Source: Hyphochytrium catenoides (taxonomy: Eukaryota; Protista; Hyphochytriomycota). Taken from it: DNA of 34,443 nt. A program made the position numbers and the translations under genes. Below the pieces are notes generated by a model, which was given only the letters and a program-made list of their open reading frames with translations, made no database searches and was not told the DNA's origin. Shown here piece after piece: positions 9,475 to 21,600 of this stretch (position 1 is the first letter of the stretch; the number at the start of each line of letters is the position of its first letter). Where the stretch lies: NCBI GenBank assembly GCA_900088475.1, contig FLMG01001076.1, forward strand, positions 1 to 34,443. Direction: 5' to 3'.

Positions 9475-10336
9475 CTACTGGGGCGCCCTAGCCGCCCTCA
9501 ATGAGTCTTCGGCCTCCTTTAAAACATCCAGAATAGGTACCCTTGGATGCCTGTTTGGACCTTGACGTAGCCTGGCGCGGGTGGCTGCATCCAGAGGCTC
9601 CACGGAGACCACTTGGTGTTTCTTTTCCTTGTTCCATTGGAACTTCACTTTTCCTTGAATGAGGGCAAAGAGCGTGTGGTCCTTGCCCATCCCAACATTC
9701 TCACCCTTGTGCATTTTCTGGCCGCGTTGCCTAACGATGATGTTTCCTGGCTTCACAATATGACTGCGACCGACAGAGAGTTAGTGAGACGGACCGGATG
9801 GCCAAAAGCAGCGGAAGTTCCTTCGCGGGGGTCAGAATATGAAAGGTGGTAGGCGCAAAGAGATCTTGGACAGGTTCTGAATTCTCCCTTCAGCTCTAGC
9901 AAGGGGAACCCTTGGGACTGTCCGTACGCTACCCTTGGCCAGAGACAATTTCCTGACTTACCCGCCAAACTTCTTGACTCCAAGCCTTTTTGAATGCGAA
10001 TCTCTCCCGTTCTTAGTGGATCCACCAGACTTCTTCGTAGCCCATCTCCTTTGCAGATAGTCTCCTGCGAGGAAGGCGGAGAAGAATGAAAGGGTTACCT
10101 CAAATCATGCCCATGGAGGCTTGTAGACTCCAGTATGGTTGTACAGCGGCCCCAGGCGATATATGTGCTGAGAGCAATAGAAGTTTCTTAGCCGTACCTG
10201 CCAATGGTGAGCTCAGAGATGGATCCACCACGCCCACACTTTGAAGAGAAGTTCTGACTAGGGCATTTGTGATATAAGGACATCCGAGGCCACGAGCGCC
10301 AAAGCCCGTTCTCGCAAGAGTGAAAGCGCTGTTCAT
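9475..10336 (-). CDS. MRPL27: Mitochondrial ribosomal protein bL27m; exons 10336-10198, 10064-9962, 9763-9475 (176 aa)
   Basis: Spliced product contains [43 protein letters not shown]...[24 protein letters not shown] introns are phase-consistent (531 nt total). The N-terminus is presequence-like (Arg/Ser/Ala-rich). Confidence 0.95.
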
Positions 10337-11154
10337 TTTCGCGGAGCACTACACAGTTTTGCGGGTTTCCTTAGCAGAAAGCCATCGACTCAACGGAGAC
10401 TCTGCGGCTGTTGCGAAGGATGACTTTGGGAAGCGAGAGCTTTGTCGCCTGATGATCTCGCTCCGCAGGTCATCAGAAAGCTGTCCAGCTGTGTGCTGGT
10501 CTTCCGTCTATCATCACACTGCCAGCGCTGGTTCCGCTGATGAGTGTGAGTGGCGGGCTAGGGAGAACTGGGAAGACAAACACACGGCACAGGCCAATTA
10601 CTAACGCCAGGGGGGTGTCAGATGGAGAGTTGATAATCAGACCTCAAATAGACATAGTAATCTGGTATTGAGACTTTGAGGGAAGAGGAAGGAAGGAGAG
10701 AAGCTGGTGTTACGGGAAGCATGTTCCTAGATCTGCTGCACTCCTAGGACTTCCGCTTTTATGAAAATCTTTCGTTTTTCCTCCCTCCTCTTTTCGCGCC
10801 TCCAGTGTGCCAGTCTGCGGCGGTCCCGGCCCGCCTTCCTCTGCACTCGCAGCAGCCCTCCTCACGCCTCACAGACCTGCTGCCCCACTCAGGCTGGGCC
10901 GCTCATGCCCTCACAGTAGCCCCGCGCTCAAAACAGCTTCAGGTGCAGATAGGGCAAAGCAATGCTGTGTGTTTGTGATGACCGTCTAGCTAGGGGCTAG
11001 AAGTGCCTGCATCTGATTCGCGGCAACAGGGGTCAGCAGAAAGTACCAACGACTGTGTTACCAAGCTGCAACAACAGCTGGGTGCTCAAGGCATGAGCTG
11101 ACACACTTTGCTTCGTCGGAGATAGTCCAATTATCTTTTAATCTCAAGGCGAGC

Positions 11155-12323
11155 ATGACACCTGGGCGGCCACCCAAGGGCGTTGATGGAGCCTCCCCTG
11201 GCACTCCTGAACAAGCGAAGCCTCCAAATGACGGACGCCTTCATCAGGGAGGGGAAGGAGACAAAGATCCGGGGCAGAGCCCATCTCGAAAAGATCATTT
11301 TCGAGTGAAAAAAAAGACAAAGTCAGTGTGTGACCCTTCGTTGTGGGAAGATGCTTGCGCCGTGACTAAATAAGTCACTGTTAACTGTTAACGTAGGCGG
11401 AACCCCTGGACTGAGGAAGAGGTGAAGAATCTTGAGCAAGGTGTTGCTCAGTTTGACACAAACTGGGTGCGAATTTTGAGATGCCCACAATTCCAATTTC
11501 AACAAGATAGAACTTCCCTGGATTTGAAGGTCGGCATCTTATAGAGTTTACATCCTGCACCTTCGTTTAGTTAACATCGAGCAACGTCAGGATAAATGGC
11601 GAAACATCTGTCACCAAAGGCGGAAGAAAGCTGCGGAAGCTTCTGTCATGGAACGTGCGAGAGAGGGGATAGGGCTAACTAGGCAAGAAGAACAGCAGCC
11701 AACAAATGGAGGCTCCACAAATAAGATTGATTCATCTGCCAATAATCCTATCAGCAGCCCTTCCGCCGGGAAGAAGGAGACCAGCAAGCTGCTTGCGGCA
11801 GAGAAATCAAGGAAGCGCCATCTTTCGCCTCATTCTAATAATGTGTTCAAGGGTAGCAACGCGGACCAATCTACTGGCTCTTCACAGGTTCTCGTCTAGC
11901 CTTTAAAATTGCCACCTTGCTGGTCGATAATCCTCATCCCTTAAGACGCAGGCCCCAAACAGGCACCGTGCCAGGCCCACTTCCATAAGATTGACGGTAA
12001 CAACCTTGACAGAAAAGGTATTTATGAGTGTTGAGCACCTATCTAGAAAAGAGAGGGAGAGAAATGGGCCTTCTTTAACCCTCTTCCGGTCTACTTTCTT
12101 TGGACAGAATGCGAAGCTGAGTTTCCAGGACACTCGGACCCCGATATGGAAGCTAAAGTCCAGTCTTGCAAGGCGCTGGGGCTCACCGTGGCTTGCTGAG
12201 CGTCTCCAGCTCTTCTCGGTGGACAAGAATACAGAGCTAGCGGATGACTCAGCGCTGCTTGAGGACGCAGTCTCAGATGGTGACAACCTTATTGCTCTTC
12301 TGCGTATTCCTCTGGCCACCTGA
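11155..12323 (+). CDS. TRF-like single-Myb (telobox) protein with C-terminal ubiquitin-like domain; exons 11155-11321, 11397-11529, 11591-11887, 11952(or 11946)-12017, 12108-12323 (~292 aa)
   Basis: Spliced Myb: KRNPWTEEEVKNLEQGVAQFDTNWVRILRCPQFQFQQDRTSLDLK|DKWRN. Spliced UBL: IRLTVTTLTEK|NAKLSFQDTRTPIWKLKSSLARRWG...ERLQLF...ELADDSALLED...LIALLR. All four GT-AG introns are in phase; donor 3 (GTTCTC) is weak. Confidence 0.8.
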
Positions 12324-12762
12324 GTGCGGTGGGTGGCAGTCAGCAGCCAGCTCTCGATTTGCCGGGAGCAAGGGAGATTCGCTCGTTCTTTCAAGGCTAA
12401 GGAATCAGACGATTAGCTTGTCGCTCTTACGACTATTCTTAGCTTCGCTGTGTTGATGAGCCGGAGGGTTAGTGTTATAAGAAGGAGGATAGACAAGGGG
12501 TTACGGATAGGAATACAGTAGCTGAATAAACCTCCCCAGTGGACTTTAAGAAAGCAGAAGAGGCGACGATTCTTGGACTCCTGGGTTCTGATCACACCTC
12601 CCGTAGCTTCTTCCTTCAGAACGATGAGCAGCTTCTCTGCCCTACTTGTACTAGGCTCGTCGCCCGTCTTGCCACCTTCCGACCAAACTCCCGCCTTCCA
12701 GCAGCGGCTCCGCTACTATCTGCCAAGCGGATAGTAGACCTGACTTCCGCGCTGTCGGTGTG

Positions 12763-14965
12763 ATGGCAGCGCTGACGCTGTTCGAGGATGGGACACAATA
12801 CACGGCGGACTGCGTCGAGGGCTGCCCTGTGACTGAGCAGTCGCAGGTAGTGGTCTGTGGGACCTATGAGCTGGACCAACACAAGCAGGAGCGAAAAGGA
12901 CGAATCTCTGTGTACAGCGTTAGTACGGAGAGCTCTGGGGCACAAGAAGGTGGCAATGCAGTGGTGCAGTTGCTCGGACGGCAGGAGGCACCGTCGGGCA
13001 TTCTAGACATGAAATGGTGCGTGTTCCCCATGATCCTTGACCGACGCCTTGGAAAGAGTATTTACCTATTCTGCAATTGTTTGTCTCCATGTACACTCTT
13101 TTCATTTTGTCAGGTCACATCAAAGACTACGAGGACGCTGTATGCTGGCTCAGGCGCTGGCCAGTGGACAGCTGGAGATCCTGGCATTAGACGAAGTAGG
13201 GAGTTGGATGGCACGCAGTGCCCTGAAACAGGAGAAGCCCCTTTTTCTACTGAACCCTAAACTCCCTTCTTTGCTCGTTCCTCCACCCAGGATGCTACGT
13301 CCCGTGGGGACTCACGAGCAGCTGACGAGCGGAACTTCCTTTCAAGTGACTGGATATCAGAAAGCCAATTATGCCTCTACCTCTCTCTCGTACGTGTTGA
13401 CACTAGTGCTAAGGAGAAGCTACAGTGCAGTCCGCGGCTCATCTCCGTCTCTTTCCCTACACGGCAGGATTGGAGTAACAGGCTGGGAAACGGCCAGAAT
13501 CCTCGGATTGTGGTCAGCCAGTCTGACGGGTCAGATATCGCCTGTCAAATGAGAAAAAGGCAGCACTAAGTTCCATACCTGTCTCAGGAACCTTTCCCTC
13601 TGGGCATTTGCAGATGGCCAGGTTGTAAAGGAGGCCGAGGTGGGTTCTTTGGCCCGTGCCCCGTGTACCCGCCTTCTCTGTCTGGGCTGCTTCTCCTCAG
13701 CTCACTTCTGGTGCGACACACCCATGCCCTCGTTTGCTCTACTTCACTCTGCGTAGACGGTCAATCTCCTACCGGCTTACTAGCCGGACTCAAGACTCTA
13801 GCTGACATTGTGATGCTTTCTCCTAACAGTGGCCTGGGCATGCCCTGATGGGGTCCCCCATTGAGGTTTGGATATCCGCCTTTGACTACCACTCGCCTTC
13901 CCTGCTGTTTTCTGGAGGAGATGATGGACTCTTGAAGGTCTGGGACAGTCGCGCGCTCCAGCGGTAACATGAAAAGAAGATTGTACCCACGGTCGATCCA
14001 TAACCTTGCCATCTGCGCCCGCCACAGGCCGACATTTATCAGCCAACAGCATTCAATGGGAGTGTGCAGCCTTCAGTCTCACCCGCAACGCGAATATTGT
14101 TTTGTCTCTGGTGAGATCCCATGATCCTTTTGTCTCTGTGCGATCCCATGATCACCTGCGTTTACCTGGCACCTCTGCTCAAATCCCAGTCAGAGAATTC
14201 CATTGTTGTCAGGAAAGCCTGGCTTTCAGTCCTTTCAGTCCCTTTGTTGGCACGACAGCCGTTCGTCTAACTCAATCCTAGGGAGCTATGATGAGACTGT
14301 GGTGCTGTGGGATAGGCGGAAGTTGGAGGCGCCATTATCATCCTTTAGCACCGGGGGTGGCGTCTGGAGGCTCAAGTGGAGCATGAGCCCGGAGCTGCCG
14401 GTCTGTAAAGTCATTTCTAGAATATATTGTTTTTTTCTTCCCTCTCGCCCCTCTATGAATGCAGGGCAGAGGCTGTTCTCTACGCCTACTCTCGCTGAGT
14501 GGCTAGGGTTATTCCTCTTTGCAAAACGCATGTCGTTTCCATCGAAATTGCTTGATGCACGCATCTTGTAATCACTTGCACCATCGGAGCAATGGTCTGG
14601 CATCCTGTCGTTCATGTCTCAGTCAATTATGTCTTTCCAGTCGACACCATTGCTTCTGACTAACGTTCATGACTGACATCTTGACCATCTTCGACGTACA
14701 ATTCTAATCTGCATAGGACCTTCTGCTGGCTGCCTGCATGCACAATGGCTTTCAAATTCTAAGTTGTGAGGGCCAGCAGATAACGCGGCTTGTTGAATAT
14801 AAGAAGCACTCGTCATTGGCTTACGGGGTGGACTGGGTCCCCAAGTCGGTAGCTTTGACACCTGCAAGTCCAGTGGTGGCCAGCTGTTCCTTCTACGACC
14901 GCCAATTCAAGGTGTGGCGGGCTTGCAACCTCCTATCCAGCTGCAATGACGTCACCGATATCTAG
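12763..14965 (+). CDS. DPH7: Diphthine methylesterase DPH7/WDR85 (WD40), about 9 exons
   Basis: Motifs YTADCVEGCP, VCGTYEL, GILDMKW, VVSQSDG, EVWISAFD, LFSGGDDG, GSYDE..LWD, GGGVWRLKW, AACMHNGF, HSSLAYGVDW and ASCSFYD occur in order, joined by GT-AG introns. Confidence 0.93.
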
Positions 14966-15524
14966 GTTCAGTTGGCTGACCTGACCTGTAAAGATGCTGA
15001 CGGGGTGCTCTGGCGGCAGAAGTTCCTGTTTATCGGCTTTGATGGCATAATGTTCCTCCTACCTTTTTTTTGCTTTTTTTTGCTTTTCATTGCTCTGTTG
15101 TCCGCTTCTCCTGCCGCTCAAGCCCGTCGTTGCAGTTCTTAGAAGGTCGTTACTAGCGGAGCTTTACCTCCAGGCTGTTGGTCGTCACATGCTGTCTATC
15201 AATCCTCTCCTGCAGGGACAAGTCTTGTCCACGAGGACAAATCTCCTTCGTTCCTAACTGTAACCATCGTCGCACCGCACTCTTCACGAACTCCTAATTG
15301 TATCAAAGTCGTAGAGATCCTGTTTCCATTAGTTTTGTTCATGATCGCTGCACAGACGTCACAGCTTCCTGATCTAGCCCTAGAGCCATGTGGAGAATTG
15401 TGGTCCCCACGTGACACTTTAAATATGTGTTCTAGCTATTTGCTGGGTGGGATGTGGACTAAGTGAACAGCCATTCCTACAGCTACTCTTCGAGCCTGAA
15501 AGGTTACTTGTGCTGGAGCAGATG

Positions 15525-15589
15525 CTTCGTTAACGGCACCTCTATTTTCAAACATTCTTCGTTAACGGCACCTCTATTTTCAAACATTC
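15525..15589. repeat. 32-bp perfect tandem duplication just 3' of the predicted formin stop
   Basis: CTTCGTTAACGGCACCTCTATTTTCAAACATT x2. Confidence 0.95.
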
Positions 15590-15600
15590 ACCCTCTGCGG

Positions 15601-18600
15601 TCATCGTCGCTCCTCTGGCTGCCCGCCCACGGATAGCGAGGAAGGTGTCTGAGAATTTTCTTCATCTATCGAGTCCCGTCGACCGGCAAACAACTTTTCT
15701 AATAGCTTCTGAGTGCTCGATCTCTTGCGACTCCACTCCTTCTGCCCTTCCTCCTGATTGTTTGATATTTGCCGGTCCTCTTCTTTGGCCGCTGTTGTTC
15801 GAGTAACTTCGTCATTTGCCTTGCTCTTTGGGCTCCGCAGAGCGTCCAGAGAGCTGCGGATTATGCCGAGAGAGATAGGCTTCACGGTTAGTAGGCGCTT
15901 GAGAGGTGAAGTGGTAGGGATAATGACGCTGGTGTCTTCCTCCTGCTGCTTAGGGTGGTTGTTTTCCTCCCTCTGGGTAGCGTGTTCCTCGACATTCTGC
16001 CCCACAATCTCCGCGGACAGCAGGGGCGGGGCCCCTAGGGACTTACCCTGGCCCCTGCGAGGCGAGAGAGATGATGGAGTAGCTGCTGATGTGCTGTTGC
16101 GCTCCTCCTTGCCTAAGATGATCACCTGGCCCTAACCAAGAGGGAAGAGCTCGTCAAAATTTCTGCCTTGGGATGCCTATGTGCCCCACCTAAATTGTTT
16201 GTCATTTTATCGCTCCAGAACACTTTTCCTGCCTGCTCTAATCTCTCCTCGTCTCAGTCATCTGTGCTCTCTTTCACTATTTGTATCTTTCTTACCTCGG
16301 TGGCCAAAGCGCAATCTAGCCTCCTCAGCTCTGAGTCTCTCCTTTGCTCGTACGCCTGCAGAATCTCCGCAGTGGTGCTATTACGAAGGGCAGTGAACTC
16401 CGGCAAGTGAATGCTCTGGTCAGATGTCGTACGGGAGAGAGATATCATGTCTGCACTCGCCGACGCCGTAGAAACAGAGTCTTGGTCCTCGGTTCCTCTC
16501 ATGGCTCCCTCAGAACCGCTGCTAACAGAGCTCGTCTCTGATATCCCGTCCTGAGAGCTTGATGTAGCTGACGGAGAGGAACAAGCCGAAGAGGCATCCT
16601 GATCCTTCATCTCTCGCAGTCGTCGCAGGCCCTTAATGCCCTGGCCCTTGCCCTTTGATCCATCACCCTCCACTGCGCGCTTCATGCTGGCCTTCCTCTC
16701 TTCTATTCTTTTTCTCCGCGCTTCTTCCTCGTCCCGCTTCTGGTTCTCTCTTTCACAGTTCTGAAGACTTCGAGAGAAGTTCAGCAAGTAGCGGAAGAGT
16801 GTCTCCATGGTCGCCTGCGGATCTGTTTCGGGGTTCTCCCCAAATTTTTTTGCAAGGAAGTTGAACTCCTGGAATGGAAGAGCCACATGAGACATGAGAA
16901 CAGAACATGGAGTATAGTGCAGACAGACAGAGACAGCCGGATGATGAGGTGCTTGTTAGGTTTAGGAATGAGTTGACAAAGTGATGAGGGGTATGCAGCG
17001 TATGCTCCTACGCAGGGATAAGAAGAGGATACTGTAACACCCTAAATGGGTCGAGTAGAGGTATTGGCACAGAGAAAGTGTTAGGGCTAGACGCTAAGTA
17101 TGCGAGACAATCAATGACCTCGCAGGCTCGCTGGTAATCCTCGCGCAGAGCCTGAGTCCGAACTTCGGCTGTTTTCAGGAAGGAGGACATTGATGACGTA
17201 AAGCTCTCGTCCTCCGCTTCTCCCCGGGCTTTTCTTGCTAATTCTTGGTCCAAAGTCAACCGCACCAACTTGACGTCACCTTCCAGCTTAAGGATGCTCG
17301 CCTTTAGCACACCCTGCAGTAGCAGAGAACAGCGAAATGTAGAGATCGAGGGTAAGAAAGTCAAAGTAAGAAAGCATAGAAAGCAGACTTGTGGCAGACG
17401 GGTTACTCCCTGCGACGATCTTCAGCCAATCTTTCAACATCTCTATTCTGCACATCCCGACCGTCAACTGTCAACCTATATAACTCATTTTTTGTCTTTC
17501 CGTCCGCCCCACCCCATAACTCTCGCCCAAGCTTCTTGTATCTTACATCCAGACTTTGGCTAAGCGTCTCTGGCACACTTCGCATGCCTTCTAAGAAGTT
17601 GATGAGCCCAGGGTTCGTGTCCTTAATAGAGCGGGCTAGCAGATGAAGGAGAGAGGTGTTGCCTGCATTCCCTTTCACTTCCATGAGCTTTCCGAGGTTG
17701 GAGAGCTTAAAGCCGTAAGCCTCTCCTCGGTTGGAGTTCATGAAGTTGCCAATCTTCAGGTGGGACGACGGGGAAGGTGGGACGACGGGGAAGGTAAGAC
17801 GAGGTAAGCTCGGAAACATCATGAAGACGGTGCCAGGGAGACAATGAAGCTTGTCGTGATAAGAAGTCACTTGTAAGTATAACTTGTGAGACAAAGACAT
17901 AGAGCCAAGAGCACGATAAGGCCGCTGTGAAGCCACAAGGGGAGGAAAGAACATAGTCAGAGGATTCGTCTCCCGCTACCCAGCCCTCACCTGCAAGATG
18001 AGCTTCAGAATCTTTTTAAGATCTGTCGAGGAAACGACCTCCCTGCAAGCTGCTCGAACAGTTGAGACGGAGGTAGCCAGGCTCTGCAGCTGATTGCCAA
18101 ACTGGAGCGAGGTAATGAGAAACTTGATGCGAGCAGGAAGGCGTGGGATCCGCTGCAATTCTAGCAGCAATCTGCAGAGTCACGCAAGAAGAGGGAGTAG
18201 GCTCAGACCCTTAGATTCCCCAATATATCTGCCTTTGTGAGTCTTTTACCCTTCAGGGTCGTCTAGCTCCTTCGGATCGCCTGAAAAGTCGCGAATCTGC
18301 TGAGCCTCCTTTGCCGTGGGAATTTCAAGCGCTTTTAGAAGAACCTGAGCACGTCGATGTTCGGTTCGGTGCAGGTAAAGTCAAATATATACTGTGAGTC
18401 GCCACGATAGGGCGTCAAGCGGGAAGCGGAGCAGCCGCACCTGAAGCCTCTCAACCGAGAGCATGCTGACGTCAAGGTCCATGAGACTCTGCCTAATGAC
18501 TGCGGGGGGCAGCTTGTTGAAGATAATCATAGAGATTGCGAGATTCTTCGAGCGGGCCGGGTCCACGATCGAAACCCTTCCTTTGACCTTCGACGGAGCG

Positions 18601-21600
18601 GCTGAAACAGAGAACGGACAGCATCGGTAAGCTTCCATCGTTTCCTCAGCTATGAGCTTCTGGCATCCGTAGCCGTCCCCTCCTCTCTCAGCGCTTTGGT
18701 GTTTTATGAAGCATGAAATATCCTCCTACCTGTCTTCGCAATCTCCTTCTCTTTCTTGGCTTCTTGCTTGGCAAAGATGGCCTCGAGAGCCTCAAGGTTC
18801 ACCTTCACTCCGTCTACCAGCAGAGACTTTCCATCCTCTGCTGATGCAGAGCTTTTCAGTGCTTCCTCCTCTTCACTCTGAGCAATCTCATCCCAGATGG
18901 TGCCCTGAAGGAAACATTTTGAAAGGAAAATGGTGGGGAGAAGTCTCTGTCAGATGAGGGCAGACAAACGTAGAAGACAGGGCAAGAGAAGACTAACATG
19001 GCCAAAGATAAAGAAGTAGGGAACATAACGACAAGCAAGCATCGCATCGTAAGAGATCAGTGACAGCGGCCCATATTGGGATCGAATAGAAATAGAGTAG
19101 GTAACAACGAGGCGGAAGCATCGACCTTAATAGCATCAGCTCCGATGACGTCCCAGTGCAGGTTCTTCAGCGGCACCCGGGGTGTGGGAAGTAGCCTTCT
19201 CCTAGAAAGAGCACGAGGTGTCTCCGCCAGAGGAGCACAGCCTGAGTCCACACTCAAAGATCTCGGCCGAAGTCCAGCCAACCTTCCTCTGGGTTCAGGA
19301 ACTGGCATTGCCTCGGCGGTGGAACCGCCTGTAGCGCAAGAAATGAGCTCTCCGCCTGCGGTGACGTAAGGATCGGAGGCGTCCAGAACCTCAGTCGGAA
19401 TGCCTTCACTCTTCATCTTTAGCTGCACCTGTTGTATGGAGATTCATTAGATGAAGAGACACCATGGCGAAGACAGTGATCACAAGGCCCAGTTGATGAG
19501 ATGCGTACTCCGAGAACGTAGAAGAAGTGAAGGACGTAACGCTTACAGACAGTCCTTCAAACTGAGATTCGTCACTAAGCAGAGCAAGATAGTAGAGGAC
19601 AGAGGATCTAGCACACGTAAACCCGTGGTGATCGGAGGAAGAGGATATCTACTGAGGCAAAAGGGAGGCTGTCGTCAGGTCACCTGCGCTAGAGGCATCC
19701 CCATGGAGAGGAGCTTGAAGTACTTTTTGAACTTCTCGTGTTCTTTTGCTGGCACTGCTCCGGGAGGCAGAGACGGTGCTGGGCCAGGCGCAGGAACTGG
19801 GGGAGAGGTAGTAGATTCCTTCCTCGCTGCGGACTCTGCCGACGTTGTGGCTGGACTTACCTTGAAGTAGTCCTCCAAGATTGAAGGGTCAAGGCCGTCC
19901 ATCCTCATCTTTTGCTCTGCAGCGCCTCTGGGAAGCCCCATCTTCAACATCCTCAGATACTTTGCATATCTCTCTTCAGTGAAGAGAGGAGATGACGACG
20001 TGGACGGGACTGGGGCAACTAAAGGCTCCGGTGAGGAAACAGGACAATTGCCCGAAATTGTCGCGTTGGTCAGTGGTTTATCCTCCTTGGCGATGGGGTC
20101 ATGGCTGTGCTGGTCAAGGAGAGCAGGGTCGCAACCTTCGGCCGCCATCTTTTGTTGTACTGCGGCTCTAGGGACCCCCATCTTAAGCATTCGGAGGTAC
20201 TTCGCGCAGCGCTCATCCGTAGTTGCCGTAGTCGAAGAAGCCAAAAGTGAAGACGATTTGTTGTCTGCGATGCTGGAACCGATGTCTTCTGGAGGGGGAG
20301 GAGGAGGGAGAGGTCTCCGGGCAGCGATTAGGGCTGATAGCTTGGCTCTTGTCTGCGAAAGACCTTCTTGATTGCATTCCATAGCCGCAGGTGTAAAGGG
20401 AGGCCCGGCAGAGCATTCAGAAGGTGCTGGCTGAGGGATGCTAACCTCTGCCTTCAATCGCCTCTCCCCTTCCCCACTAACCTCGCTGGTTTGATTGGCA
20501 GTGAAATAGGCGTCTAGAAGAGCCGGATCATGGCCGTCCATGGACATCTTTTGCTCAACAGCGCCCCTCGGAAGCCGAAGCTTCAGCATCTTCAGATAGA
20601 CTGCATATTTCGCATCTGTGAAAAGAGGAGAAGATGACGTCGGGGCAGTGGGAGCCTCAGGGCTGATTGAACTTGTTCCAGACTGCTGGCTAAGTGGCGG
20701 AGCAGAAGGCAGGGGCAGCCTACTAGCCAGAAGTGCACTCAGTGAAGCCTTCCTATCATCTGCAATCTGCTCTTGACTCAGTCCAGCGGTTGAATCTGAA
20801 CTAGTACGCAGGGATGACAAAGATATGGAGGAGGTTGGGGTCGGAGGAGGTCTTGCTGCACTTAGAAAGGACTCCAAGTTTGACTGCTGCTGCCTCATTT
20901 GGTTCCCTGTGGCTTCCACACTACTTGGTAAGCTAGCAGCTGGTACAGACGAGCCCACATCGGACAAGAGAAGTGCTGAAGTAGCCTCTGCCTGTCTGAC
21001 CTCAGAAGCAGGCGGCACATTAGCTATTGCCCTGGACGGAGGACTACCCAGTCTATCAGAGGCCAAGGAGGGCGAGATAGATGCGGAGGGATGTATTTCC
21101 TGAGTGGCAGCCGTAATCCGCAACGGGGATGTTGGAATTGCAGAAACTGGAGTGGTGGACAGAGCCGAGAGCTCTGCCTTGAAACTTGGGAGAGAGCGCT
21201 CAATCTGGTTCCTCACCTCCACCAGTTCACCGAGACGAGAGAAAGAAAGTGAGAAGTTTGGAGGAAGAGGCTGACCAGTCAGCGGGAAGGACGTGACCTC
21301 CTGGGTATGCCGATCAAGGATAGCCCAAATCCTTTTGCCTTCCAGCCGCTCGCTAGGGATCAAGAGCATCTGCGGAAACCAGTAGCATGCATTCAGAGAA
21401 GGCAACCTAGGCATAGAGTGAAGAAGAAAGGAAGGACGAAATGAAGATGGAGATGGAAGAGTCAACTCGAGGAGAGAGGAAAGTAGTGCTACCTGCTTGA
21501 GAATGGAGAGAAGGTGTGGAAAGCCCTCAGTCCTGATAGTTCTATTATAGAGAGCCTCAAACAGCTGCTCCATGTCTGAAACATCAATCTTCTCAATGAT

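Noticed and set aside
10099-10167. Poison exon in MRPL27 intron 1 (AG...TGAG|GTAACC)
   Set aside because: Would need flanking introns of about 30 and 34 nt, much shorter than the other introns delimited here (about 58 nt or more).
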